A DNA stretch of 63,404 nucleotides, counting the filler, from Phoronis australis (Eukaryota > Animalia > Phoronida): the NCBI GenBank assembly GCA_002633005.1. It is 5 parts of 5 records of this genome, joined end to end, with 100 filler letters (N's around TTAATTAATTAA, not from the genome) between each part and the next. Parts side by side here need not be neighbours in the genome. Positions count along the whole stretch, not along the records: positions 1 to 22,246 come from NMRA01001324.1; positions 22,347 to 32,778 come from NMRA01000744.1; 3 more parts are not named here. One strand, given 5' to 3'. Below the pieces are notes generated by a model. It saw only the letters and a list, made by a program, of their open reading frames with translations, searched no databases and was not told where the DNA came from. Shown here piece by piece: positions 13,254 to 25,000 of the stretch (position 1 is the stretch's first letter; each line of letters opens with the position of its first letter). The translations under genes were made by a program, and so were the position numbers.

Positions 13254-14275
13254 TATCGCTTCTGTATGCCTGTGGCATTTAGTGCGATGTAATATACCAA
13301 GCATACTACTAGCTATCTCTTCCACAAAATATTTCGAAAACATAACACTGTATTCTTTGACTCGTTAGCTTTGAAATGCGAGAGTTTGATGAAAACAGAG
13401 ATTAAAACAGCTGTAAATCTGTTGACATTTCTTCACTGGAAATCGCCATGTTGGTGAACTAGTTTGACCTGACCAATAGAAACCCTTGTTTTTTGAAATC
13501 GGAACAACCAATGATATTCCAAGAATGCAGATGGAAAAGTGCGCTGTAACAAACCCCAACCAATCTAGAGGGTCTGTGCAGGAGACTAACTGCGGCAGTT
13601 GAGTGAGTACCCACAATGCATGAGACAACTGTCACTCACTACGGCGGCCACATTAGGGAGTGGTGCATCACCAAAAATAAAAATGAAACTAAAAATTAAA
13701 TAAAGTTTCAAAATATTTAGAGTTGTTTTGAATGAGAATTATTTGAGGTTAGGCTTGAACTGAACGAATTTGCGTTAAAATGCGTATTATGAAGCAGAAG
13801 TACTGGCTTCAAAATTCTGTTTATGTTTCATAAGCTCACAAAATAAGCGAATGCTTGTGGGTTTAATATTTGGACACATATAGTTTTGTTCCGAAGCATG
13901 TGAAATAAAGTATAAAACGTAAACAGTGAGAAGATATTAAGATTAAAGTCAACAGTAATCTTAAAATGTCCATTGTGTATGCATGACACATATTCGCCCT
14001 CGGTTAAATCACCGGGCTAAGTATCCCAAATCTAGATTTGATAACCAGTAATCGTAATGCACATCGGTCTCCAATCACGAGTCAAGGTCATACAAATATC
14101 GCCGCCATGGTACGTTCATTTCAGAATTGAAGACATGACCATATTCATTGTGCCTTGCACTTCATTAGGTATCCCAAAGCTGTCGGTGGTAGTGTTCATA
14201 AGAATCTCAACAACATTATTGTAGTTTCCCGGAGGAATTCTTTTACCGACAGAAATTAACTCATTTCTATTTTAG

Positions 14276-14408
14276 AGTGTGTACAAACTTCAAGCTTTGG
14301 TCCTCACCCAACGGAGATACTGGATTCCACAAGAATATTTGACGACTCTGAATACGGCGACCGCCAAATCACTGGAATACGGATCAGAGCAGGATCGTGG
14401 ATAAACAG
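14276..14408 (+). CDS. Exon 2 of PAN-jacalin lectin (start of jacalin/ZG16-like domain)
   Basis: Acceptor tttctattttag|, phase 1. Encodes ECVQTSSFGPHPTEILDSTRIFDDSEYGDRQITGIRIRAGSWINR; FDD...ITGIRIRAG is typical of the jacalin fold. Donor AG|GTGAGT, phase 2. Confidence 0.85.
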
Positions 14409-14761
14409 GTGAGTAGCGACCTCTATGGGAAGTAGAGCGAGTGGCGGTGACAGAATACATGAGCAACACTGCGGACGTGTTCGACGAGTTTTAACATCCC
14501 GTGCGATAGAAGCACAGTTACTTAGATCTGATTGTTCGTTATTGTCATAGTTGAATTACGCATACGGTATATGTAAGAACGTTTGCTGCCAATTCCTTAG
14601 TTACAACTCTGCCCGGAATTGCTTCTATGTTTTGAAATTCCACCAGGTGGCGTCGCACATCCAACAATTCCATATCTGGGATAAAGGTCAATCTAAAACA
14701 ATAGAAAACTACACTATTTGGTTCTCGAGGCAATGTCTACNGTAAATTTTATGTTTTCCAG

Positions 14762-15071
14762 AATAGGTTTGCGTTACGGTCAATACTGGATAGGCCACGG
14801 TCGGACGGATGGAGGTACTGTGCATGAAGTGATATTTCGATCTCAAGAAAGCATTGTTTCAGTTCGAATTAACACGGATACAACTCGCGTGCATCTGTTG
14901 CAGTTCACAACGAACTATCAAACGTATGGCCCTTACGGTAACGGCGGGAATGAACTAAAAAGGGCCAAGATATTCATTAACATTACAGCTCCCCATACAT
15001 CAAGACTTCGATACATAGGAGGGCGCATAAATGATCGTGAAGTACAGTCCATCAAGTTTCGTTTTTGTTGA
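14762..15071 (+). CDS. Exon 3 (terminal) of PAN-jacalin lectin
   Basis: Acceptor ttttccag|, phase 2 matches. Encodes IGLRYGQYW...ESIVSV...LQFTTNYQTYGPYG...LRYIGGR...VQSIKFRFC*. AATAAA at 15127-15132. Confidence 0.88.
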
Positions 15072-15514
15072 AATGTTTTTCTCTTTCAACTGAGATTAAT
15101 AACCACGTGATCAGTGAAATCTTCGAAATAAAATAATGCTCTGTAATCCTCGTCCAGCATTTAAGAAGTTTTCAAGTCTCTTTGTACAGCGTAGACTAAT
15201 GGTTCATGTTGCAATTATTTTGAAAGTTTCCACCCCTCCTTGACCATCGAGCATTGCGCAATGGTGTCTCCTACTCCTCTGAGCTCGGTCTTACTAATGA
15301 ATGAAAGCAAGGGAGTGAATGAGAATCTGCCGCGAGTCTGGGGCTGTGCTCAACATTTTTATAACATACAAGTAAGAAAAATTTAAACAATTAAATTCAA
15401 AGCTGCTGTCAACCTAGCTACCGTCATGAAAAAGAATTTTTGATTTAGACCACCTGCCATAAGGACATTGGTCTTAAATTATTTCTTAGTAAAAACAAGA
15501 GCGACTTCAGCGAA

Positions 15515-15615
15515 CAAACTGCACAAGTTAATTGGTCACGGCGTGTTCAAGTTAACTAGTCGCGGCGTGCACAAGTTAATTGGTCACGTGCCGCAAGTTA
15601 ACTGGTCACGTGCCC
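15515..15615. repeat. Degenerate tandem repeat (about 25-bp unit caagttaattggtcacg) x4
   Basis: Four successive caagttaa(t/c)t(g/a)gtc(a/g)cg units. Confidence 0.8.
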
Positions 15616-15769
15616 GTTTACATGCCGAGCAGTTCTCGAGAAATAACGAACCGTTAGTTCTTTACAAGACCAAAAATCACTTTTCATCCGAGAAAGAAAC
15701 CAGTCGAGACTGGTACAGCGGTAAGTGGCATCGAAAAGCAGTATCATATATTGTAACCAAAAACATGTT

Positions 15770-16030
15770 AACTCCAAGCTGTGTGCAGAAGACATGGTTT
15801 TGTCTTCCTCTGTCGCCATCAATCTACAACGTATGCTAAATTGTTTGACGGAATTCTGCGAATATTGGGGTACGCAAAGTAAACTGAAAGAAAACCAAGG
15901 TTGCTGTTTTCAGAAATACCGGCGCCTCCTTAGACGTTATAAGAAATGGTTCTTCAGTGGAACGTCCAGTAGAAGTTGCGTCTCATTATAAGTACCTTGG
16001 GCTCTTTATAATCCAAATTTCTTGTACACA
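15770..16030 (+). mobile_element. LINE reverse-transcriptase fragment (decayed)
   Basis: LCAEDMVLSSSVAINLQRMLNCLTEFCEYWG resembles L(Y/F)ADD.VL.....LQ..LN.L..YC..WG; a YKYLGL motif follows near 15987-16005. Confidence 0.75.
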
Positions 16031-19009
16031 AAAACGTCACTTCTTTGTAGATTTCTAGTTCAAAAATGGAATTAACTAAACCTTGATGCTCATAGCGATT
16101 GTGTTAACTGTAGTTGGTTGTGTTTATTTTATTTGTCCTCTCGTAGACGCACAGTGACAATGGAGCTACGATCGTGATCAAGACTGGTCTGGATGCTATG
16201 TTTTTGAGAAATGTAGGAGACCATATAAAAGATTTGATTGCAAGTCAGACAAATTGATTTTATTCAAAGAATTTTGTGGTTAGTTTGATCATAAGAAACG
16301 TATGTTAGAGGCATACAATAATTGCCCAGTTCAGGATAGACTGTCAAAGCTGTCACCCCACTACCCTCGTAAACTTGGTGTCCGTTGCACCGCTCCACGT
16401 TGAACGCTTGGCGACATCTGAAAAAGATAAAACAGAAGCTGATATGTGTTTCTTACCAGACTGATTTTCCAAAAATGTTTACGCAACAACATACTTAGTC
16501 CTTTTGATTGATTCTAAATTTGTTACCGTACATCTCCCTAAACAAGCCCCGTCGAAAATACTCCCAGGATGGTACATATTTGGTGAAATGGTGTACATTT
16601 GAATCCTGAAACTTTCCGTAGTATCACAAGAAATCGTAACACCAAAACTGTAATCGCCAGCTCGTACTTGAGGCGACAACTATAAATATACAATCACATT
16701 TCAAATTGGTCATACACGTTTATTCTAAACTCTACAGTTTAAACAACTGAGTGTATATTTGGATTTGACTTTTGGTCTCCAAATTGTTATCGGATAAATA
16801 TAATGTGATTTATATGTTTGCAATCAGTAATACCCTACAAACAGTGTAATCGAAACATGTGTATTTTTATTGATAAAAATAATATCAAATTACAATTGAT
16901 TGTTTTAAAACTCTCCTTGCCCGCATACGTTTGTGCATAACCATGAGATCACAATAGCTTAAATACCATCATTTATCCCACGCGTGTCATCACCAGAAAT
17001 TCGTGAAGTAGGCCATCCGCAAGGTGGCGATCGTGGTGTGAGTGTTTGCCAATCACAGTCTAGGTCAGAGGTCAGTTCCCTTGTTTTGCGTTTACACTCA
17101 CGAAGGAGGTGATCGACAAGAATTGAAATTAACTTAAAAGTTTGGTGGGATCTGATATTGATATCACAGAATCTAAACTACCGAAGCACGTCGAGACTGT
17201 GGGCGAGGAATTTCGGCAAGTTGAACGTGTCATAGCGTGAGGAAAATCGAAAACAGTGAGTATAAACATGCCAAGCATAGCTGGTGTAGCGGCACAGCTC
17301 AGCTGATTCACTTCAGTGACTGACCAACCGAGTTGTTGCTGCAGACAATTACTTAATGATTTTACTGTCGATTTATTGATATTAACTATTTTATAGTTGT
17401 AATGGTCCGTGAAATGTGTTTTAATATACGGTAGCCTTATTACGTCTGTTACAATTTCTGCACGTATGTACTATTAAACTTGCAACACAGGCACAGCTGT
17501 CTGACCTCAGTCTTCAGGCTTAAAATAGTACTAGTGTCTTGACTTTAGGTCAGTATTATGGCATTATGCTGCAAAACAAATTAATTTCCATTCAAACTAA
17601 CAAAATGCCGGTGTGGTTGATTTATTCTATAAAGCTGGAGATTCTGGTGCTGATACGTTGCTTTTATTTTTAGGTTGGCTGTACCTTTTGATTACATAAT
17701 TCGCCAGAGAGACTGCAGCCAGGGAACCAGAGTGTCTTTAACACCAGACTTAGCTCCTCTGTAAACCAAGCTATTGCTCCCTCTCAAAATCAAGAGGCGG
17801 TCAAAGAGAGCACTTTTCGCAGTATTGTAGTGACCATTGGTAGATGATTACAATCTTAGTTAGGGTCAAGTCGGTATTTATTATCCCGCCANGAACAAAA
17901 TCATTCCAAGCTAAATCTTCCTCTTTAGGGCTTGAAAATCGTACTACAGATCACGAAACTTTAAGTGACTACTTTTTGCATTTCTGGCCGCAAACCCGTT
18001 TTCAACACCCTATTGGACACCGGTTTTCTTCAGAAAATTCGTTCGAAAACAGCATTTGTGATATCTAGGTCACACTGTTCGTGACCTCCGCTATCGCAAA
18101 CAATGGAACTGAATCATACTCTCCACAGATTTGACTTGAAAATGGGTTTGGGCTCAAAAATTGCCTTCCGGGCGATTGGCTGTGTACCATCAACATGGGC
18201 AAACTTCAAACTTCAATGGACACCGAAAAATCTTCACCAATCTTTCCAATATTCAGCATAATGAATCCTTAGATCTGTATTTTTCTCGCTAGCTATCGGC
18301 AAATTGCAGAGTTGTCTCCCCTAAATCAAAATTCCTCGGAAAACCCCTTCTTGTGTGTATTTCTGTGGGGGAATAGTTAGCTGCTGGCTGCGCATGCGCA
18401 CTGCCTATGTCAGATATTTCTGGCGTTGGTTGAATCTGTAAAAGGAAATACGACCATGTAATAAAGTTTTCCGTATTCACCTCTCGCACTACTTCAACAG
18501 TGACCTCTGACATGAAAAGTTCAATAGGTAGGTCAATGTCGACTCGACGTTTTCAGCCGGTTCGATACTCAAACATTCCGAATATAGTTTAAAGTAATAC
18601 AGTTGCAGCAGTGAAACTAACACTCGACATGCAACCAGGCCCTAAACGTAACATCTGGAACAAAACTGTTAATTATAAGACACTTTTGTCTCAGTTTTCA
18701 ATTGCTGAATACTATATCGTCTGCAACTCAGGCGCCGATTCCTAGGAAACTAAAATATCAAATGTTGTTTTTAACTAGTTCCAGGAGATGTTACAAGTTC
18801 ACCGCACAGTTGCCGTTGTTTTCATCTTTGTTATCTCTTTTCAAAAAATAAATCGTTACTTTCAAAACTGTTTCTTTTACAAGAGATAACATGCAACCTA
18901 ACGCACAAGTACATACATATAGGAAGTGATCCGCCATGTGAACAGTCTGGGTGAAGTATTTGAAAAATCTGCCAAAAAAATGCAAGAAACTTAGGAATTC
19001 GAAGCGCAT

Positions 19010-19165
19010 GGGATAAATACAAAACTACCTCGGTTGGTGTACATGAAGTAATATCCCACTCGACCTTATTATCCGCGTATCGGCGGAGACCGAAGGTCGA
19101 GGTCGATACTACTCGTGGGATATTACTTCATGTACGCCACTCTCGGCATGTTTTGTGTATATACA
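19010..19165. mobile_element. Short palindromic MITE followed by an (ACAT)n microsatellite (to about 19201)
   Basis: Perfect 21-bp inverted repeat gtacatgaagtaatatcccac (19039-19059) / gtgggatattacttcatgtac (19115-19135). Confidence 0.75.
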
Positions 19166-22100
19166 TGCATACATACATACATACATACATACATACATAC
19201 AAGGTCACAAGGGCCAGTGTGCAATCAAATGGCTACATTGTTTAATCGGTCAAATCAGCATCGAAATAATCTCATTTGTGATAATTGGCCAATCACAGCT
19301 TCAATAATTACCATGACGCCAAAAAACTGAATAAGATACCAATATTTAAGACATGGGCATGAGTAGGTAATGACTGAGCAAAGATTAGGTCGAACACGAC
19401 TTCAAGCCGATGAATATTCAACGGTTGGGTTTCAACAATATCATAGCCTGTCGTGTCCCGATTTCCATCGAAATCAATTGGATGCTGTGACGTATAATCG
19501 CTTGTATTTAAAATAGTTACGGTGGCGATACACAGCTTATGGGAATGGCCTTGCCATGGAATCACTCGAGCATTCAATTATCGACCGGAGATTTTAGGCA
19601 GCGGTATTTCATACTTGCAAAACACACGTATCAAATAATAAAACCAGAGCCATATCAAAGCTAAACAAGGACAGCCTGTAATATATTTGATGAGTTAAAA
19701 AATATCGGTCGTTCGTGACAATTTTTATAGTCACGCCTGAAGCAGGTATAGCGAGATACAATAGGCACAAAAGAAATGGAAAACGATCGTTGTTAACAAG
19801 CTTCATATGCCCAAGTGATAATGTAAGGCTGATATTGTACACATAAAAAGATGATATTGTTATACATAACTTTCATTACCGGGTTGCCTCGTGCTGAAAA
19901 TCCATATTAATTAAAGTAACTGAAATGTCAAAAACATCTAAAGAAAGTTTGACTTCTTTAGTCAGGCTATCGGCCTAAGCAACAATTAAACAGAAATCGA
20001 CCGTGAAAGTTGTAACATATACCTGTAGATGTAGAACATCGGTGCACACTTGTATACTTTAGAAAGTAAATGTGTGCAACTGTCTGTTATAGGACAGTTA
20101 CTGTAACCAAATAATCCTAACTTCATAATAGATGGAAACAAATAGAAAGCGATGGTGAACAAAATTGGAAACTGAAAACTTCGTGGCAACGAGGAAACAA
20201 GAAGGACCATCAGTGTCATCATTGCTGAGTGATGAAACAGTAGGAGGGTGTATGGATGTGTATGATGGTGAATAGCCTGTTTGAAATGACTGGTGAAACT
20301 CAAGAAAAGCTCGCTAGTTTTAATTGAAATTTCAAAGTGTCATATACAGTATAACAGTTCTGGACTCAGGTCGGACGTGTTCCGTTCTGTGTCTGTATTT
20401 TGACGGGGAATGCCGCGTGTGTTATACAGCAGCGAAATAATGCATCGAAGTTAGGGTCTATTGAATTTAAGATATTGGTTGCAGTTCGTGCATAACATTG
20501 TAGTGTCGGGGATAAGTCCATGGTGAACGAAGACGGAGAAGGCCCCGACCACTGACAACCAGTCTGTGCAATACTGCAGAGGTCTAGGATGAAACCTTGC
20601 TTCCCTGCGATTAGCAGGCACCCTGTGTAGCACGTGCAGACGCCACCATCAGCCTGTGCTTAAAGGCATCGAACATGAAATCGGTTCGAAAATATCTTTT
20701 AAGCAATTCCTGACGAAAGTACCATCTTGCAATGTCCACTACAGAGTTATTCACTTTCCCCCGGGGGGGGGGGGGGNGAAAAAACACAAAATCCACAATT
20801 TTTAATAGATGCGAAGGAAAAACTTTGTGTTCACTGCAGAATTTCTTTTCTTCCTCCCACTTATGATAGTTGCGCGCATGCGCTTACAGTCATTCGACAG
20901 ACAGCCGACTGACAAAGAGGTAATTAACGGCAGATTATCGTGTTTGATCACACTCCGAATCTGAGGTCGATACCACAATATGAGGCAAGCAAGTGAAGAG
21001 ATTTCCAAAAGAGATTTCCAAGTGCACTTTAGAATACATTTGATGATTACTTCGATACCCTTGTTACTAATTTTAAACATCAATTGACTCTTAATTCGGC
21101 TGCTACTTGAATCTCCAATGATTTGTTTACATCAAATGTCAAAACTCACATTTTCCCTACAAGGGAAATGTGCTACGTCTGTGCCTTTAGGGAGAAAAAT
21201 CGACAAAGTGACGAGCAGTTGATAGATCGTGTTTTGAGTTCGAAACTAAAAGAAAAATGCTTTGACATCAACAGAAATTCATAATCTTTACAAGCAAACT
21301 GTACAATATCTGGTGAACACATTGAATTTTGCTTCAGTGACAGAGAAGCACTTCGAATAATCCAGTTTAGTCTGATTTCCGCGTTCCAGGGCTCTTTAAG
21401 TTATAAAGCGTCTATTGCGTGTAATATTTAATTAGTTTTATTCAAAATAACTCTCATTTTAATCATTCTCCTACTACCATCGTTCGCTTCAAACGGGTAC
21501 ATGTTATTAAACATTATTAAACCAAGAAGTCTCTGTCAGCTATCATACCCTCACCTTCAGTTCCCGGTGCCTCTGACAAACCCATTGCTCGATTTCCAAA
21601 CACGCGGCCTTAAACTCCACTCACGCACCGAACAAACTCTACTTGAAAACCAAATTACAGACCCGAGGCATGGGTCACAGATATTGATTCATAGCAAATC
21701 ACTCTTGTACTACTAGTGTGTAATAGACCCCTAACCGACGTGAAAAGCTAATACCCAGAGTACAGCAGCTGTGGTCAGGTCCGTCCGAAAATCTATCCCA
21801 CACTCTCCCTGATAAGAAACAGACTAAAACACAATAGCCCCACAATGTATGGCCACACGAAAATAGTATCGCGTGTAACACGACAAAATGAAGTGACAAA
21901 CTTCCGAATGAAAGCTATTTAAAGAACGTACGCACTTCCTGTGAATGATGTGTACAGTAATAATTGGACAGTTTTTCCTACATGATTTGTTTGAGATTTG
22001 TTTACAGTTTGGGGAGCACACGTGATATTTTGTAGGCAACTGCATGTATTAATTCACTTTTAGTGATCATGTCAGAAAGTGTCCAGTTACTAAATACTTT

Positions 22101-22246
22101 ACCTTACAACTTGTAAGCGTTGCGTATAATCAGCGAGAAGTGGGCGTCATCTTCAATCGATGCACTCAAACCGGAATAGTAGTTCAAAAATTCTTCTCGT
22201 GTCACCTGAGTTAAATTGAGACACTTGATACATATGAATATTTGGC

Positions 22247-22346
22247 NNNNNNNNNNNNNNNNNNNNNNNNNNNNNNNNNNNNNNNNNNNNTTAATTAATT
22301 AANNNNNNNNNNNNNNNNNNNNNNNNNNNNNNNNNNNNNNNNNNNN
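22247..22346. other. Assembly spacer N44-TTAATTAATTAA-N44 (also 32779-32878, 38817-38916, 46823-46922)
   Basis: The same 12-mer, which has stops in all six frames, is centred in four 100-nt N runs. Confidence 0.95.
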
Positions 22347-22999
22347 TAATAAAACAAAATAATGAAGACTTTTCGAGCAAGCCATAGCACATTCAGTTAC
22401 AAGGAAAAAATGGCGGCGTTCAGGACAAGTTCCTGAACTGATGAGCCGGAAATGTGGGTACGGAAATAACCGATGACAACCGGTAATCATACGCTCAGAG
22501 AGAAGGGTCAAATACTGTTAAAAAATCGCTTTTGGCAAGAAAGGCGAAAAGAATATAAAGAAAGGGTGTCGAAAATAAGAATTTATGTAGTAAGTATTTT
22601 CGGATACTGGAACCACATGGGCAGTTTGCAACAAGGACTTTAAAGATAGTGCTTGTGTCAAGAAACAACGTAAAATAAAATGAGTCACCTGCTAACTACA
22701 AATTTCATGTTGTTTTCTCTTACGATAAATACAGAATTTCTTGTTATACTAAGTTTTATGGTGTTCATAATGTTGAAATTATCCTACATTCTATTTTTGA
22801 TATTACGCTTCATTGCACACTACTTGATTTAGATGTAAGAAATGAAATGCAACCTCGTTTTATGCTTATAAAATGTTCTTATTGTTTTTACCATGATAGG
22901 ATCACATTTTCATTATAAACAAGGACTACCCCTTGACTTAAGAAACACCTTCAGAATTCATTGGAATTAGTACGGCTAGTTCCTTATATTTGCAAATTG

Positions 23000-24110
23000 G
23001 TTTGTGTTCGCATATTCCGTTTGCTCAGATTGGAAAACCTTCAACACTGAGTGTAATCGCATTAAGCAAATTATGATAAATAACGGTTACAGCAATAAGG
23101 TTGTTGATGAGAATATGAAGCTTTTCATAAGCCGGTTGCAGAAGCCTATGTGTTTAAAACAAGCAAGTGGTTGTACCAAGAAACTATTCTACCGCAACCA
23201 ATTCCATTCACGTTATATTGAAGATGAACGAGTTTTAAAACGGATCATCCATAATAATGTTAAGACCGTTAAGCCAGAAGATAGCTTTAAGTTAATTATA
23301 TATTACTAAAACCATAAAACTAAAGATCTAGTTGTTAAAAACAATATGTGCTCAAAGTCTGCCCGAGTGTTAGCCAAAATTGACTTGATTTATTTTACAA
23401 CGAATGTGTTCGTTCAAACACTGATTGCTCAAGGTATGTTGGTTATACAACTTGCACTTTATCTCGCCGGTTATCTATGCATTTACAGAATGGATCAATT
23501 AAAGATCACTTCCAAACACTCCATAAACAGAAAATTTCTCGTTCAGATATTGTTGACAATACCATCGTCAGGTATTTCGAACGTGACTCCTTTCGTTTGA
23601 AAATACTCGAAGCTTTAATAATAAAAACTGAAACTCCTAACATAAATTCCCAAGATACTGGGTTCCATCGTACCTTGTCGTTATATAAATAATGTCCATA
23701 AGTCGTAACACCTATGTATTTTATTAAATTTTACAACGTTTCATAGTACATTAGTTTCCATGACAATTCCTTTTGTAATTGTGCTCTTATGTATGCAACC
23801 TTATATTCGTGTTTAATGTCATTTTTCTTGTTTCATGTATCTTACACGATAGCGTTAATGATTTTTAAATTTATTTGCCTTGATGACTGATGTATAGTCG
23901 AAGTACCGATACTGTTTTATTATGAAATGTTTTGTACAGAGTTTTATTATTTATTTACTCATATATATGTGTTCGTGATGCCACTTACACTGGGCGATCT
24001 ACCGTATATCAACTACCATGCGATGAAAGACACTTGTGTAGACACTACGAAAGTTTGTTGTACAAACTAATTAAAGCCAAGAACAGTTTACTTTTCAATG
24101 AAACATATAT
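23000..24110 (+). mobile_element. 5'-truncated Penelope-like element: RT thumb + GIY-YIG endonuclease (disrupted) + 3' pseudo-LTR
   Basis: AYSVCSDWKTFNTECNRIKQIMINNGY (PLE thumb); YVGYTTCTLSRRLSMH and LKILEALIIKTETPNINSQD (GIY-YIG). Stop at 23307-23309 plus frameshifts. A repeat of the PLE ORF N-terminus follows at 23978-24108. Confidence 0.88.
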
Positions 24111-24519
24111 GTATATGTATAACAAAGTGCGCATTTTACAAGCCAATTACTTATGTCGAAGGTTATATTAGGCAAAATGCGAGGTATGTCATAAGCACAA
24201 AGGCCATATACTTGAAGTATTTTTGTTTACACCTTTACAAGTTATCAAAGAATACAACTACAGTGTAATTTGAAAACGAAAACAAAACCGACCTCCCTCC
24301 GCAAGTGTTAACTGTATAAAATACTCCTCCACTTGTGAAGACTCGGGACATTCAATTAACGCACATGTTGTCTTACGTAGTAAACGGCATGTCATCAATT
24401 ACGATTTCAAGTCGATAGGTGTCGCGAGAATAAAAAGTTATTTTACGACTTAAATGGGCATATACATTAACTATAACTAAATAGCTTTGAACTAATCACT
24501 TTAAGGAGATGCAGAAGTA

Positions 24520-25000
24520 GGCTAAAGTTGACGTCTATGGAAAATGAGGAACTTTGGAGTACAAAGGTCACTATACAAAGAGAGCATGATCAAAAGTACA
24601 GCAATAAAATTTTTATCTGGCTTTTGAAAATTCAAACTGCCGGGATTATATTAGTTTCATAATGTGGATGCAAGCATTTGGAAATGGTGCAGTCCCAGTT
24701 TTACTTGGAGTTCATAAAGAAGATTATTTGAAACAAATTCCGCCCAGTTCTGTGATCTTAACCGATGACTTTCAGTCACCAAAAGAACTAACAGAATACT
24801 TAAAAGTGTTGTACAAAAACGAGAATGCTGACCGAAAATTTCACGAATTGAGGAAAACTTACAGAATTGACTAAGATTAGATTTTTAGGTACATACGCCT
24901 AGACGAAGCTTTGTTTCGTGTTAAGTAAGAGAGTTGATGAACCACCCAAATGGCACAGTGATCACAGATTTCGAGAACCCTGAGACGGATTGCTATCAAA
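24520..25000 (+). pseudogene. Alpha-1,3-fucosyltransferase (GT10) pseudogene fragment
   Basis: KVDVYGK*G then FYLAFENSNCRDYISFIMWMQAFGNGAVPVLLG...IPPSSVILTDDFQSPKELTEYLK. The in-frame stop replaces the Cys of YGKCG; the conserved TEK is lost; there are frameshifts. Confidence 0.88.

Noticed and set aside
19308-20720. Several 60-105 aa ORFs as a possible gene or the GT10 N-terminus
   Set aside because: No recognisable motif or consistent exon chain in the frames I examined.
22291-22302. Recurrent TTAATTAATTAA motif (four times) as a biological repeat
   Set aside because: Always centred in a 100-nt N run; it is an artificial contig spacer.
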